Part shown: positions 10,411 to 20,000 of the stretch, piece by piece
How the letters are laid out: each line of letters begins with the position of its first letter
Position numbering within the stretch: the stretch's first letter is position 1
From: Chiloscyllium plagiosum
Lineage: Eukaryota
DNA: 20,000 bases
Reading direction: 5' to 3'
NCBI RefSeq assembly: GCF_004010195.1
Contig: NC_057718.1
Span: 104,317,722-104,337,721 of the forward strand
Notes under the pieces: model-generated
The model's input: the letters and a program-made list of their open reading frames with translations, nothing else
What the model was told of the DNA's origin: nothing
The model's database searches: none
Made by a program: the position numbers and the translations under genes

Positions 10411-11154
10411 TGGATTATCACTGAGGAAATAAAAGCAAATTCCCTAACGAATGGTATTGAGTGAAGCATTCCCCCAGAGAGATCTTCATATTTCTTTACA
10501 CCTTTTTCTGGCTCTGCTGTATAAGTGTTAGCTGTCATCATGTGTTTGTAACACAGCACAGCGACAACTAATACATTTCAAATAAATATATTTAAAGAAG
10601 GTCGAGATTTACAAAAGAAAAATGTGATGAAGATTGGGAGATTCATCTCAATTTGTGAAAGGTCAAATATTTTGGTGTTATCATTGCCACAGATTACTAA
10701 TGAAACATTGGCTGTGTCTCAAAATAACACATGTCGCCAGAACATGACAGCTGGTGATGAGCGATCAAGATGCAACATAAATGGGTGATTTAGATAATAA
10801 CAATCTGGGGGAGGCAGAGGGAGAGAGCAAGGTTTTCAGAGAAATTCAATCCTTCTCACCATCGTATACATCCTACACATGAGTCACCTAATTAACCACC
10901 TGGGGTAACAATATGTAAGGCTATAATTAACCGTGACATTCAGAAACTGAAGTAAATAACTAAATTGTTCTTAGAAGAGTAACTATTCGTAATTATCACA
11001 TCTACAGTTCATTGCAATGTCATTCGCGGGAGAGGACACTGACATCTAACTTAACGTGTGAAAGACAACACAATTCAGAGAGAGGCTTTGTTTGGTTCGT
11101 GCTGAGAACCCAATAGGAACAGTGAGCATCAGTCACTAACCAACATGGGGAGGG

Positions 11155-11380
11155 TGTGGGTGATGGTAGTGTCACAGGACCCAGGCTAATGAGTATAGCC
11201 CTCCATGGCAGCTGGTGAATCAATAGCCCTGGAAACCCGTCGTCAAACCCATCTGGTTCATTAATGTCCTTTGAGTGGGGAAATCTCCGGCCTGGTCCTG
11301 CGTTGTTGATTCTAAAATGGTGTCATGAGCCAGTTTCAGGGCAGGTAGGGATGGGTAAAAAAATGGTTGCGACGACCAGG
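11155..11380 (+). mobile_element. Decayed tRNA-derived SINE (same family as 15580-15886)
   Basis: Shared core aaacccatctggttcattaatgtccttt...ggaaatct and tail gggcaggtagggatggg. Confidence 0.65.
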
Positions 11381-11409
11381 AAACAATAACAGAATTGCTG
11401 TTTATCAGC

Positions 11410-11725
11410 TGTGGCTGACTCTCAGCTCTGAGGTACAGGGTATAGGCTTGAAACCTACTCCAGAAACATGAACAAATAATCAAGGCTGACAATTCCACGC
11501 AGTACCGAGGGGGGTGCTATGCTGTCAGAGGTGTTCTCATTCAAATGGCATAATAACATGAGACTCAGTATGGGCATTTTAAAAATCCCTGTCGCGCTAT
11601 TCTAAAGGGGAGGAGGGGAGTCACCAGCAGTATTTATCTCTCCACCATCTAAACAGACCATATCACAAGTGAGAGCTTTCTGTGCACACATTGGCTGCCC
11701 TGTTTCCATAGTTACAACAGTTATA
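11410..11725 (+). mobile_element. DeuSINE (SacSINE1-like)
   Basis: aaggctgacaattccacgcagtaccgagggggtgctatgctgtcagaggtg and ctgtgcacacattggctgccctgtttcc...ttacaacagt. Confidence 0.7.
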
Positions 11726-11819
11726 TTTCTGAAGCTCCCTGGGCTGGGTAGTCAGGTTTTACAGATAGTCGGTGAATTGGTGGGATGAGAGAGCAGTCCA
11801 ATGAGAGACACCCATTAAT

Positions 11820-12150
11820 CTCCAGAGTTTGAGGGGCAAGGGCCAATCTCATTGAAACACAAGAGATTTTGGGGAGGAGGTAGCAGAGGGAAGATACAGA
11901 GAAGTCATTTCACCCATCGCCATAGAGCCCAGAACAGGTCATAGCCTGAGGAGAAGTATTGACTATTTAGGACTGAGATGAGGAGAAATGTCTTCACAGA
12001 GAGAATTTTGGGGAACCCTGTCATTGATTCTACTGAAGGTTCAAATTGAGAGATTCTTGGGCATTAGGGGACTCGAGGGACATTAAAAGAGCAGAATTGA
12101 TTAGGAACATTGGCTGTGATATTGTTGGATGTGAAGCAGGTTCTTGGGTT
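11820..12150 (+). mobile_element. Decayed CR1 3' fragment
   Basis: atctcattgaaacacaagag and tttaggactgagatgaggagaaatgtcttcacagagag (FRTEMRRNVFTE). Confidence 0.65.
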
Positions 12151-12165
12151 TAACTAAAGGACTAA

Positions 12166-12236
12166 AACTAAATTATTTCTCTTCACAGATATTGTCATAC
12201 TGGCTGAGTTTCTCTGGTATTTTCTGTTTTATTTCT
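12166..12236 (+). mobile_element. Degenerate single-arm remnant related to the 7364-7577 family
   Basis: tttctcttcacagatattgtcatactggctgagtttctctggtattttctgtttt aligns by eye with tttctctcccacggatgctgccagacctgctgagtttttccagcaatttctgtttt (7480-7535). Confidence 0.55.
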
Positions 12237-13125
12237 TGACGCCACACTCAGTCGAAAGCAGCCTTGATGTTGAGGGCTGTCCCTCTCCCCTCCCCTCTGG
12301 ACTTCAGCCCTTTTGTCCATGTTTGACCCAAGGCTGTAATGAGGTCAGGAGCTGAGTGACCCTGGGGGAACCCAAACTGGGTGTCACTGAGCAGGTTATT
12401 GCTGAGCAGGTGCTATTTGATAGCCCTGTTACTGACCCCTTCCATCACTTTACTGATGATCGAGAGTAGACTGATGGGGCGGGATTTGGTTGGGTTGAAT
12501 CTGTCCTGCTTTGTGTACAGGACATACCTGAGCAATTTTCCACATTGTCAGGTAGGTGTCAGTGATGTAACTGTATTGGAACAGCTTGGCTCGGGGAGCA
12601 GCAGGTTCTGGAGCACATGTTTTCAATACCATTACTGGAATGTTATCAGGGCCCATTGCCTTTGCAGTATCCAGTGTCTCCAATTCTTTCTTGATATCTT
12701 GTGGAGTGGATCAAATTGGCTGAAGACTGGTATCTGTAATGGAGGGGATCTCTGCAGGAGCCTGAGGTGGATCATCCACTCAGCATTTCTGATTGAAGAT
12801 TGCTGTGAATGCTTCAGCCTTATCTTGTGCCCTGATGTGCTGGGCTCCTCCATCATTGAGGATGGGGATATTTGTGGAGCCTCCTTCTCCAGTGAGTTGT
12901 TTAATCATCCACTACCATTCACGACTGGATGTGGAAGGACTGCGGAGCTTAGATCTAATCCATTGGTGATGGGATCATTTAGCTCCGTCTATCACTTACT
13001 GCTTATGCTGTTTGCCCATGTAAGCAGTCCTGTTTGGTGGCTTCACTAGGTTGACATCTCATCTTCAGGTATACCCGCTGCTGCTCCTGGCATGTCCTCC
13101 TGCACTCTCCATTGATCCAGGGTTG
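12237..13125 (-). mobile_element. CR1-clade LINE reverse transcriptase fragment (distinct family)
   Basis: LDTAKAMGPDNIPVMVLKTCAPEPAAPRAKLFQYSY...WKIAQVCPVHK; downstream GHSAPDLITAL and ALNIKAAFD-like motifs; frameshifted. Confidence 0.85.
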
Positions 13126-13139
13126 AATAGTTGAATAAC

Positions 13140-13375
13140 ATCTGTTACCCATTACTAATTGTCCTGGACCTGAGGGGTTTCCTTCGGCATTTCAGATTGC
13201 GATTGAGACAATCAAGTGAAAAGTTGTTGGGGTCTGGACTCATGTGTACATCAGACCAGGTAAGGAATGCAGATTTCCTTTTCTGAAAGACATGAGTAAA
13301 CCAGATGGGTTTTTGGTAACAATCAATGTTAGTTTCATAGTCAATGTCACGGAGACTAAAACTCAATTCCACATT
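13140..13375 (-). mobile_element. tRNA-derived SINE fragment (family of 15580-15886)
   Basis: Reverse complement carries aaaaacccatctggtttactcatgtctttcagaaaaggaaatctgc...cctggtctg...atgagtccagacccc. Confidence 0.65.
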
Positions 13376-14242
13376 TTCTGTAATCTCTCTAATGTTCTCT
13401 AATCCCCTCTACAATCATTTCAAACTGACAAGGATTAAATTACTGTTCGCACTCAAACCAGTTCAATACGGAGATCATCCCCAACACACCAGCACATGAA
13501 ACATAAATCACAACCAAGCCACATCAGAATATAATTAGAGAAGCTAAAGAGATGAAAACGTGGATGCAATTGTACTGTCGCTGTTGTTGGCTGTGCTACT
13601 CAGGATGAGAGTGGGACATCGCTCACTGATGCCTGAGCTTTGAAGTTTCTTCTTAGGAATATTTTTAAAGGGGCAATACGCTGGGAACACCACTCTGTTT
13701 CATCTCAGAGAAAGACAACAGCATTGAAACAGTATTATCCTATCCTTCAGAAAGTCTTAGGAAGGAGATACTGGCTAATGTAAGTTCACAAGAATGGTAT
13801 CTGGATTTCAGGGGTTAATTTATGAGGAGAGATTACACAAATTCAGTCTGTTTTCTATAGACATTAGAAGGTTAAGGGATGATCTCATTGAAGTCTTCAA
13901 GATACTAAAGGGAAAGACAGGATAGATAAAGACAAACTATTCCCACTGGTTGGGGATTTTAGAACTCAGGGCATAGTCTGAGGATTAGGGTGAAACCGTT
14001 CAGGAGAGATGTGAGGAAGCACTTCCACACACAAAGGGTGGGAGAGGTTTGGAAACCCTTTCCACGAATGGCAGTGGATGCTGGATCAGTAGTTAACTTT
14101 AAATCCAAGATAGATCATTTTTGTTAAGCAAGTTATTAACGGATATGGTAAAAACAATGACTGCAGATGCTGGAAACCAGATTCTGGATTAGAGTGTTGC
14201 TGGAAAAGCACAACAGCTCAGACAGCATCCAAGGAGCAGGAA

Positions 14243-14278
14243 AATCGACGTTTCGGGCAAAAGCCCTTCATCAGGAAT
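14243..14278 (-). ncRNA. Minimal type I hammerhead ribozyme motif (mirror copy)
   Basis: Reverse complement is identical to 14311-14346: attcCTGATGAagggcttttgcccGAAAcgtcgatt. Confidence 0.7.
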
Positions 14279-14310
14279 ACAGGCATAGTGCCTGAAGGGA
14301 CTCTGCCTGT

Positions 14311-14346
14311 ATTCCTGATGAAGGGCTTTTGCCCGAAACGTCGATT
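14311..14346 (+). ncRNA. Minimal type I hammerhead ribozyme motif
   Basis: CTGATGA (14315-14321), extra A, stem II GGGC-tttt-GCCC, GAAA (14335-14338), C-GTC (loopless stem III, predicted cut after 14342); stem I weak (attc/gatt). Confidence 0.7.
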
Positions 14347-14599
14347 TTCCTGCTCCTTGGATGTTGTCTGAGCTGCTGTGCTTTTCCAGCACCACTCTGA
14401 TCTAGAATTAAGGGATATGAGCCAAGGGCAGGCCTATGGAGTTAGTCTGTGATCACATTAAATGGCTGAACAGGCTTGATGGGCTGAATGTTCCTATGTA
14501 ATTTCACAAACAAAGTCTTTAGGAAGCCCTCAAGTCCAGAGTAACAGAATTAAATTGTACAGGAGTTTAAGGCAGTTGATATTTTCTACAGCTGCAGAG

Positions 14600-14887
14600 A
14601 GATGGTTAGCACTGCTGCCTCACAGCGGCAGGGACCCAGGTTTGAGTCCAGCCTCGGGTGACTGTCTGTGTGGAGTTTGCACATTCCCCCTGTCTTGGTG
14701 TGGGTTTTCTCCGGGTGCTCCGCTTTCCTCCCACAGTCAGTCCAAAGATATGCAGGTTAGGGTGGATTGGCAATGGGAAATGTGAGGTTCTGGGAATAGT
14801 GTGGGGAGCTGGGTCTCGGTGGGATACTCTTCAGAAGTTTGGTGCAGAAGTGATGCACCAAATGGCCTCTTCTGCAATGTAGGGATT
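14600..14887 (+). mobile_element. HE1-type V-SINE
   Basis: tggttagcactgctgcctcacagc head, V-domain ctgtgtggagtttgcacatt...ctccgggtgctccg.tttcctcccacagtc, CR1-like tail aatggcctcttctgcaatgtagggatt. Confidence 0.85.
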
Positions 14888-14889
14888 AT

Positions 14890-15190
14890 ACAGGAGGCCC
14901 TTTGGCCCATGGTGCCTATGTCTGTCATCAAACACTTACCTGTTCGAGTCCCATTTTCCAACACTTGGCGCACAGCCTTGGATACTTTGATGTTTCAAGT
15001 GCTCATCTAAATACTTCTGAAATGCCTTGATGGCCCCTCCAACTGCTATCCTTTTAGTGAGTTCCAGAGACCTACAACCCTCTGTGTGAAAATGTTCTTC
15101 CTTAAATCCCCTCCAAACCTGCTGCTCCTCACCTTAAAAGCATGCCTCCTGGTTAGCGACCCCTCTAAAGGAGAAATTTCTCCCCACCTC
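14890..15190 (-). mobile_element. Decayed CR1 3' fragment
   Basis: acaggaggccctttggcccat tail; acaaccctctgtgtgaaaatgttcttcct reads RKNIFTQRV on the minus strand. Confidence 0.7.
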
Positions 15191-15579
15191 CTGAGGTCAA
15201 ATGCCCCTCACGTGGGAGTGGGAGCACACGGTGCCCATTGGTGTGTTTGAGGCTTCCTGTCACCAGAGGAGCTATCATTAACATCTAACTTGACCATTCT
15301 ATTGGATTTTTTTTCCTTTAAATTTTAAACCTTTGATATCTGCTACAGCAACCCCTCCCTGCAGCAGGCAGGCTATAACCTGGTTTGATTTGACTGATTT
15401 AATTTGCAGTGCTGCCAAGGGTTGGGGATGTCATTTCGGTGATTTGTATTTTCCCAGCTGATTGTTTTCTGGTGTTTTTCCGAATGCCCAAGTAGGTGCC
15501 CATGATTGACAGCACTGACTACGTTTTGTACCTGCTGCGTCAAATATCACCATTTTCAGAAACTGTACACAAGACAAAG

Positions 15580-15886
15580 TAGTGGCAGAGTGATAATGTC
15601 ACTGGACTAGTAATCCAGAACATGGGTTCAAATCCCACCAAGGTGAAACTTGAATTCAATATTTTTAAAGATCTGGAATAAACAGCTCGTCCAATGGTGA
15701 CCAGATAACCATTACCGATTATCGTAAAAACCTATTTGGTATATTAATGTACTTTAGCGAAGGAAACTTATGTGGTGCGGCCTACATGTGACTTCAGACC
15801 CACAGCAGTGTGATTGACTCTTAACTGCCCTGTGGGCAATTAGGGATGGACAATAAATGTTGGTATGACAGTAACGCCCTCATCCC
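15580..15886 (+). mobile_element. tRNA-derived SINE, near full length
   Basis: A-box-like tggcagagtgat, B-box ggttcaaatcc, and body shared with 11155, 13140 and 16030 copies. Confidence 0.75.
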
Positions 15887-16029
15887 TCAACCCCAACTGC
15901 CTAATGGACCGATCTGGAAATGGTGGATTTTAATGCCTGTTGTTCTGGTATGTAGGTTTGCCATACAATTTCACAAAAAATACTGAAACAGTAAATTAAA
16001 CCATACCTTAGACAGATAGAATAATGGAA

Positions 16030-16475
16030 GGGTGTATTGTTCAGTGGACCAACATGCAGTCTCTCCCTCAGCAATGGCCCAGACTAAAATACTGGGGAGA
16101 TAGGTTCAGTTGAACAGTAAACTTGTGAGATTTAAATTCAATTAATAAATCCAGAATATATAGCTCACCTCAGTCAGAGTGAATACAAAACTACTGTTTG
16201 CCATAAAAGCCCATCAGGGTCACCAAAGTGCTTTCCGCAGGGAAATCTGTCATCTTTACCTGGTCTGGGCCTGTATGTCAGTCCACAGCTATGGTGGACT
16301 GATTGACTCTCAAGGTAAACGCCTATGAGAAAGCGAGGATTACAGATGCTGGAGATCAGATTCGAAAGTGTGGCAGGCCAGGCAGGATCCGAGGAGCAGG
16401 AGAGTTGACGTTTCGAGCATAAGCCCTGCTCAGTTAGGAACGGGCAATAAAACGTGGCACTGCCAGCAACGCTAG
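16030..16475 (+). mobile_element. Decayed copy of the same tRNA-derived SINE, interrupted by a pLTR-like arm
   Basis: aaaagcccatcagggtcacc...gggaaatctgtcatctttacctggtctgggcctgtatgt; the tail resumes after 16427 with ttaggaacgggcaataaa. Confidence 0.65.
16327..16427 (-). mobile_element. Single-arm remnant of the hammerhead/pLTR family, truncated at stem II
   Basis: gagaaagcgaggattacagatgctggagatcag...ttgacgtttcgagcataagccct; homologous to the 3768-3961 long arm; CTGATGA absent. Confidence 0.75.
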
Positions 16476-16729
16476 AATTTTACGAAGCTGCTCAACATGA
16501 AGGTGCAGTTCCTCATGGTGCAATTATAAATGGTTATAATTGACTGGATCGATGTCTGGCACTGCAACTCTGAAGGAGAGTTCGAGGGAAGATTCAATCC
16601 TCTCACATGAACCGTCTTCCTCAGGGCATTTCCCAGCACTTTCCCAGCAGCATCTCCTCCTCCCCTCCCCAAACCCTGAGCAATATCCAAGTGCAGTCAA
16701 TGTTCCATCTGGTCCATCTCTCCTCCTGG

Positions 16730-17010
16730 AGCATTTCGAATCCAGGGATCATGGTCTCAGGAAAAAGAGGTCAGCTCTGAGAAGAGTAGGAGCTATTGCT
16801 TCACTCAGAAAGTTTTGAGTGTTTGGAATTCTCCAGAGAGAGAGAGAGGGAGAGAGATGCCAAAGTTCAGCCGCAGACTCTGAGGGGTTGGATAGATTTG
16901 TGGACACCATGGGCATGATGGGAAATGGGGAGCTGGGCAGGAAAGTAGAATTTCAGCCGTGACGTTTTCTAAATAGCGGGGAAGATTAAAGGGGCCCAAT
17001 GGTCTTCTCC
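16730..17010 (+). mobile_element. Decayed CR1 3' fragment
   Basis: gaatccagggatcatggtctcagg...cttcactcagaaagttttgagtgtttggaattctc and tail ttaaaggggcccaatggtct. Confidence 0.6.
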
Positions 17011-17397
17011 CACTCAGACTGTGACATGACAGACCCAGACTCAGTACCAATGGAATGAGGCTTCAGTGAATCTGGATTCATAGAGAAGCACTGAGTCTGC
17101 TCCACCAATGCCTCAGTCCTGCTCGCACACTGATCAGTTGCCATGGTGAGGCACTTATTCAACAGTAAGAGTACGGCTATAATCATCTTAAATAATGCTA
17201 TTTCAAGATGCCAACATTCCCTGGATCATCTGCTGTGTTCTGGGAGGAGAAGACCTGGTAAAACCTGTGGCATTTAGACCTCGAGTCTCCACAACGTGAA
17301 CTCAGAGATATTTCCATCTTCACTGTATCAATCAAATGTCACAACATCCAAGTGGAAGGCAGTGATTGCATGGTTACTTCAGCATCTATACATTCCT

Positions 17398-17480
17398 GTG
17401 GTGTAGGGTAGTGCCCCTGCCTTTGAGCCAGGAGGTCTGGGTTCAAGTCCTACCTGCCCTGAAAGCGTGTCCAAAGAGGC
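17398..17480 (+). mobile_element. tRNA-like SINE head remnant
   Basis: gtggtgtagggtagtg (A-box-like) and gggttcaagtcc (B-box). Confidence 0.45.
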
Positions 17481-18209
17481 TGATTAGGAATCATCTGTAC
17501 AAGGTTCTTCTTCATTGGTTTCTCTCACAGGGAGGCATGACCTCTCTGAGACCATTACCTTTCAGCCTCAGGCCCCACAACTTCAGGAGTCTTGTGAAAG
17601 TTCTCCCTCGGCTATTTCCCTCGACTCGAGGAGCCCCTTGGTCATTTGCCCAGACCCGCCACAGTGGTCCGCACAGTGCTGGGGGTCCCCAGGTCTGTAC
17701 AGAGGCATTCTCCCCCTTACAGCAGGGATTTTGCGCGGACAGTGTTGCACACTTCAATCTTGTGCAATGTGAGAGTCTGATGACTCACGGACCTGTATAT
17801 TCGGTGACCTTGAGGGGCCCATGTTCCACGTGTTACACCAGCTGCACCATATTACAGCCCCCTTCCCCATAATCTAAAGAGGCCATTGCTATATTCCACA
17901 CTTGGGAGTGCGTTAAAGATGAGAAAGAAATTCTTCAGAATCTGGGTGTCCCTGAAGAGGGGGATGAAGTCTCCATCAGCTCAACATCTTTACAGCCAGT
18001 GGGCACCAAAGGGGCTACAGCACTGTATCGTTCACCTCAACAACTCCAGTTCCAGTTTCACAAGTTGCCTTTCAGGATTTGTTTTTATTACAGTCTACCT
18101 TTAAGGGGCTGTTACCTGTTGGTTCAGTTAGAACATAGAACAATACAGCACAGAACAGGCCCTTCAGCCCACGATGTTGTGCTGACCACTGATCCTCATG
18201 TATGCACCC

Positions 18210-19673
18210 TCAAATTTCTGTGACCATATGCATGTCCAGTAGTCTCTTAAATGTCCCCAACGACCCTGCCTCCACAACTGCTGCTGGCAACACATTCCAT
18301 GCTCTCGCAACTCTTTGTGTAAAGAACCTGCCTCTGACATCCCCTCTATACTTTCCTCCAACCAGCTTAAATCTATGACCCCTCGTGTTAGTCATTTCTG
18401 TCCTGGGAAATAGTCTCTGGCTATCGACTCTATCTATGCCTCTCATTATCTTGTATACCTCAATTAGGTCCCCTCTCCTCCTCCTTTTCTCCAATGAAAA
18501 ATGTCCAAGCTCAGTCAACCTCTCTTCATAAGATAAGCCCTCCAGTCCAGGCAGCATCCTGGTAAACCTCCTCTGAACCCTCTCCAAAGCATCCACATCT
18601 TTCCTATAATAGGGTGACCAGAACTGGACACAGTATTCCAAGTGCAGTCTAACCAAAGTTTTATAGAGCTGCAACAAGATCTCACGACTCTTAAACTCAT
18701 ATCCCCTGTTAAAGAAAGCCAAAACACCATATGCTTTCTTAACAACCCTGTCCACTTGGGTGGCCATTTTAAGGGATCTATGTACCTGCACACAAAGATC
18801 CCTCTGTTCCTCCACATGGCCAAGAATCCTATTCTTAATCCTGTACTCAGCTTTCAAATTCAACCTTCCAAAATGCATCACCTCGCATTTATCCAGGTTG
18901 AACTCCATCTGCCATCTCTCAGCCCATCTCTGCATCCTGTCAATGTCCCGCTGCAGCCTACAACAGCCCTCTATACTGTCAACAACATCTCCAACCTTTG
19001 TGTCATCTGCAAACTTGCTGACCCATCCTTCAATCCCCTCATCCAAGTCATTAATAAAAATTACAAACAGTAGAGGCCTAAGGATAGAGCCCTGTTGAAC
19101 ACCACTCACCATAGACTTCCAGGCAGAATATTTTCCTTCTACTACCACTCGCTGTCTTCTGTTGGCCAGCCAATTCTGTATCCAGACAGCTAAGTTCCCC
19201 TGTAGGTAAAAACAATGACTGCAGATGCTGGAAACCAGATTTTGGATTAGTGGTGCTGGAAGAACATAGCAGTTCAGGCAGCATCCGAGAAGCAGCAAAA
19301 TCGACCTTTCGTGATGAAGGGCTTTTTCCTGAAACGTCGATTTTGCTGCTCCTCGGATGCTGCCTGAACTGCTGTACTCTTCCAGCACCACTAATCCAAA
19401 TACTAAGTTCCCCTGAACCCCATTCCTCCTGACCTTCTGAATGAGCCTACCATGGGGAACCTTATCAAATGCCTTGCTGAAGTCCATATACACCACATCC
19501 ACAGCTCGACCCTCATCAACTTTTCTAGTCACATCCTCAAAGAACTTGATAAGGTTTGTGAGGCATGACCTGCCCCTCACAAAGCCGTGCTGACTGCATT
19601 TAATCAAGCCATGCTCTTCCAGATGGTCATAAATCCTATCCCTCAGAATCCTTTCTAACACCTTACAGACCAC
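18210..19673 (-). CDS. CR1 ORF2 reverse transcriptase reading frame (487 aa) including a 71-codon in-frame insertion; probably non-functional
   Basis: ORF track; QGNL is duplicated on either side of a foreign peptide; the frame is disconnected from upstream ORF2 piece 19734-19967. Confidence 0.75.
   Translation of the reverse strand: MVCKVLERILRDRIYDHLEEHGLIKCSQHGFVRGRSCLTNLIKFFEDVTRKVDEGRAVDVVYMDFSKAFDKVPHGRLIQKVRRNGVQGNLVFGLVVLEEYSSSGSIRGAAKSTFQEKALHHERSILLLLGCCLNCYVLPAPLIQNLVSSICSHCFYLQGNLAVWIQNWLANRRQRVVVEGKYSAWKSMVSGVQQGSILRPLLFVIFINDLDEGIEGWVSKFADDTKVGDVVDSIEGCCRLQRDIDRMQRWAERWQMEFNLDKCEVMHFGRLNLKAEYRIKNRILGHVEEQRDLCVQVHRSLKMATQVDRVVKKAYGVLAFFNRGYEFKSREILLQLYKTLVRLHLEYCVQFWSPYYRKDVDALERVQRRFTRMLPGLEGLSYEERLTELGHFSLEKRRRRGDLIEVYKIMRGIDRVDSQRLFPRTEMTNTRGHRFKLVGGKYRGDVRGRFFTQRVARAWNVLPAAVVEAGSLGTFKRLLDMHMVTEI
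19203..19402 (-). mobile_element. Fold-back Penelope-like pLTR insert within the CR1 RT
   Basis: Perfect 13-bp TSD CTAAGTTCCCCTG at 19190-19202 and 19403-19415; arms 19241-19310 and 19331-19400; central gTGATGAagggctttttcctGAAAcgtcga; 38-nt tail. Confidence 0.9.
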
Positions 19674-20000
19674 AGAGACTGACTGGTCTGTAATTGCCGA
19701 GGATTTCCCTATTTCCTTTCTTGAAGAGAGGAATTACATTTGCCTCTCTCCGTCCTCAGGTATGACTCCAGTGGAGAGCGAGGATGCAAAGATCTTCATA
19801 AATGGCGAAGCAATCGCATTTCTCGTTTCCCAAAGCAGCCGAGGACAAATCTGGTCCGGGCCTGGCGACTTGTCAATCTTAATGTTTGACAAAATTTTCA
19901 GCACATCAGCTTCCTCTATCTCTATCCATTCCAGCATGCACACCTGCTCTTCAAAGGTTTCATTCACTACAAAGTTTGTTTCTTTCGTAAAGAAAGAAGC

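Larger units (their letters stand above)
14148..14406 (-). mobile_element. Best-preserved fold-back Penelope-like pLTR insert, with hammerhead cores on both strands
   Basis: TSD ATTAA(C/G)GGATATG at 14135-14147 and 14407-14419; about 108-bp inverted arms (14182-14289 and 14300-14407); 34-nt unpaired tail 14148-14181. Confidence 0.9.
13780..14500 (+). mobile_element. CR1 3' fragment interrupted by a fold-back insert
   Basis: LNYEERL-like and RRLRDDLIEVFKILKG motifs, FRRDVRKHFHTQRV, and a CR1 tail aacaggcttgatgggctgaatgttcctatg. Confidence 0.85.
18130..20000 (-). mobile_element. Young CR1 LINE (3' part of ORF2 plus 3' tail), running off the window
   Basis: ORF2 motifs DKSPGPDQI, QHGFVRGRSCLTNL, YMDFSKAFDKV, KFADD, LEYCVQFWSP; 3' tail is the reverse complement of agaacatagaacaatacagcacagaacaggcccttcagcccac. 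Confidence 0.95.

Noticed and set aside
12381..13049. 222-aa + strand ORF
   Set aside because: Antisense shadow of the minus-strand LINE RT fragment; no independent protein features.
14189..14395. Recurrent peptide VLEKHSSS...IRGA in several short ORFs (also 3738, 7325, 19250)
   Set aside because: Translation of the repeated palindromic element; frames and lengths vary, with no evidence of a gene.
17366..17872. 168-aa ORF and overlapping ORFs
   Set aside because: Begins in a SINE head, has no recognisable domain, and is probably decayed repeat sequence.
18642..19098. Overlapping + strand ORFs of 143 and 112 aa
   Set aside because: Antisense to CR1 ORF2.
19190..19415. Idea that the insert is spliced out as an intron from the CR1 RNA (minus strand GTATTT...tttttacctaCAG)
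   Set aside because: The available GT/AG pairs do not restore the frame (net +10 or -1 nt) and the donor is weak.

Overview
Repeat-rich vertebrate genomic DNA, most likely a cartilaginous fish (HE1/V-SINE, DeuSINE and CR1 types typical of sharks; inference). The window opens with GTAAGT, so it may be the first 20 kb of a large + strand intron. No host protein-coding exon is supportable. Contents: nested CR1 LINE fragments (one young copy at 18130-20000), a Rex1/Babar-type LINE, a decayed Ty3/Gypsy pol, several SINEs, a possible solo LTR and a compound TG/AG repeat. The most striking signal is a set of six ~190-260 bp fold-back (inverted-repeat) inserts plus two single-arm remnants, from at least three sequence families. 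Each full insert has a 10-16 bp target-site duplication, five have an unpaired 30-41 nt tail, and all carry minimal hammerhead-ribozyme motifs (CTGA[T/G]GA-A-stem II-GAAA-palindromic stem III), intact or decayed, at or near the palindrome centre. They look like non-autonomous Penelope-like pLTR 'hairpin ribozyme' retroelements. One sits in frame, without stops, inside a CR1 reverse transcriptase ORF.
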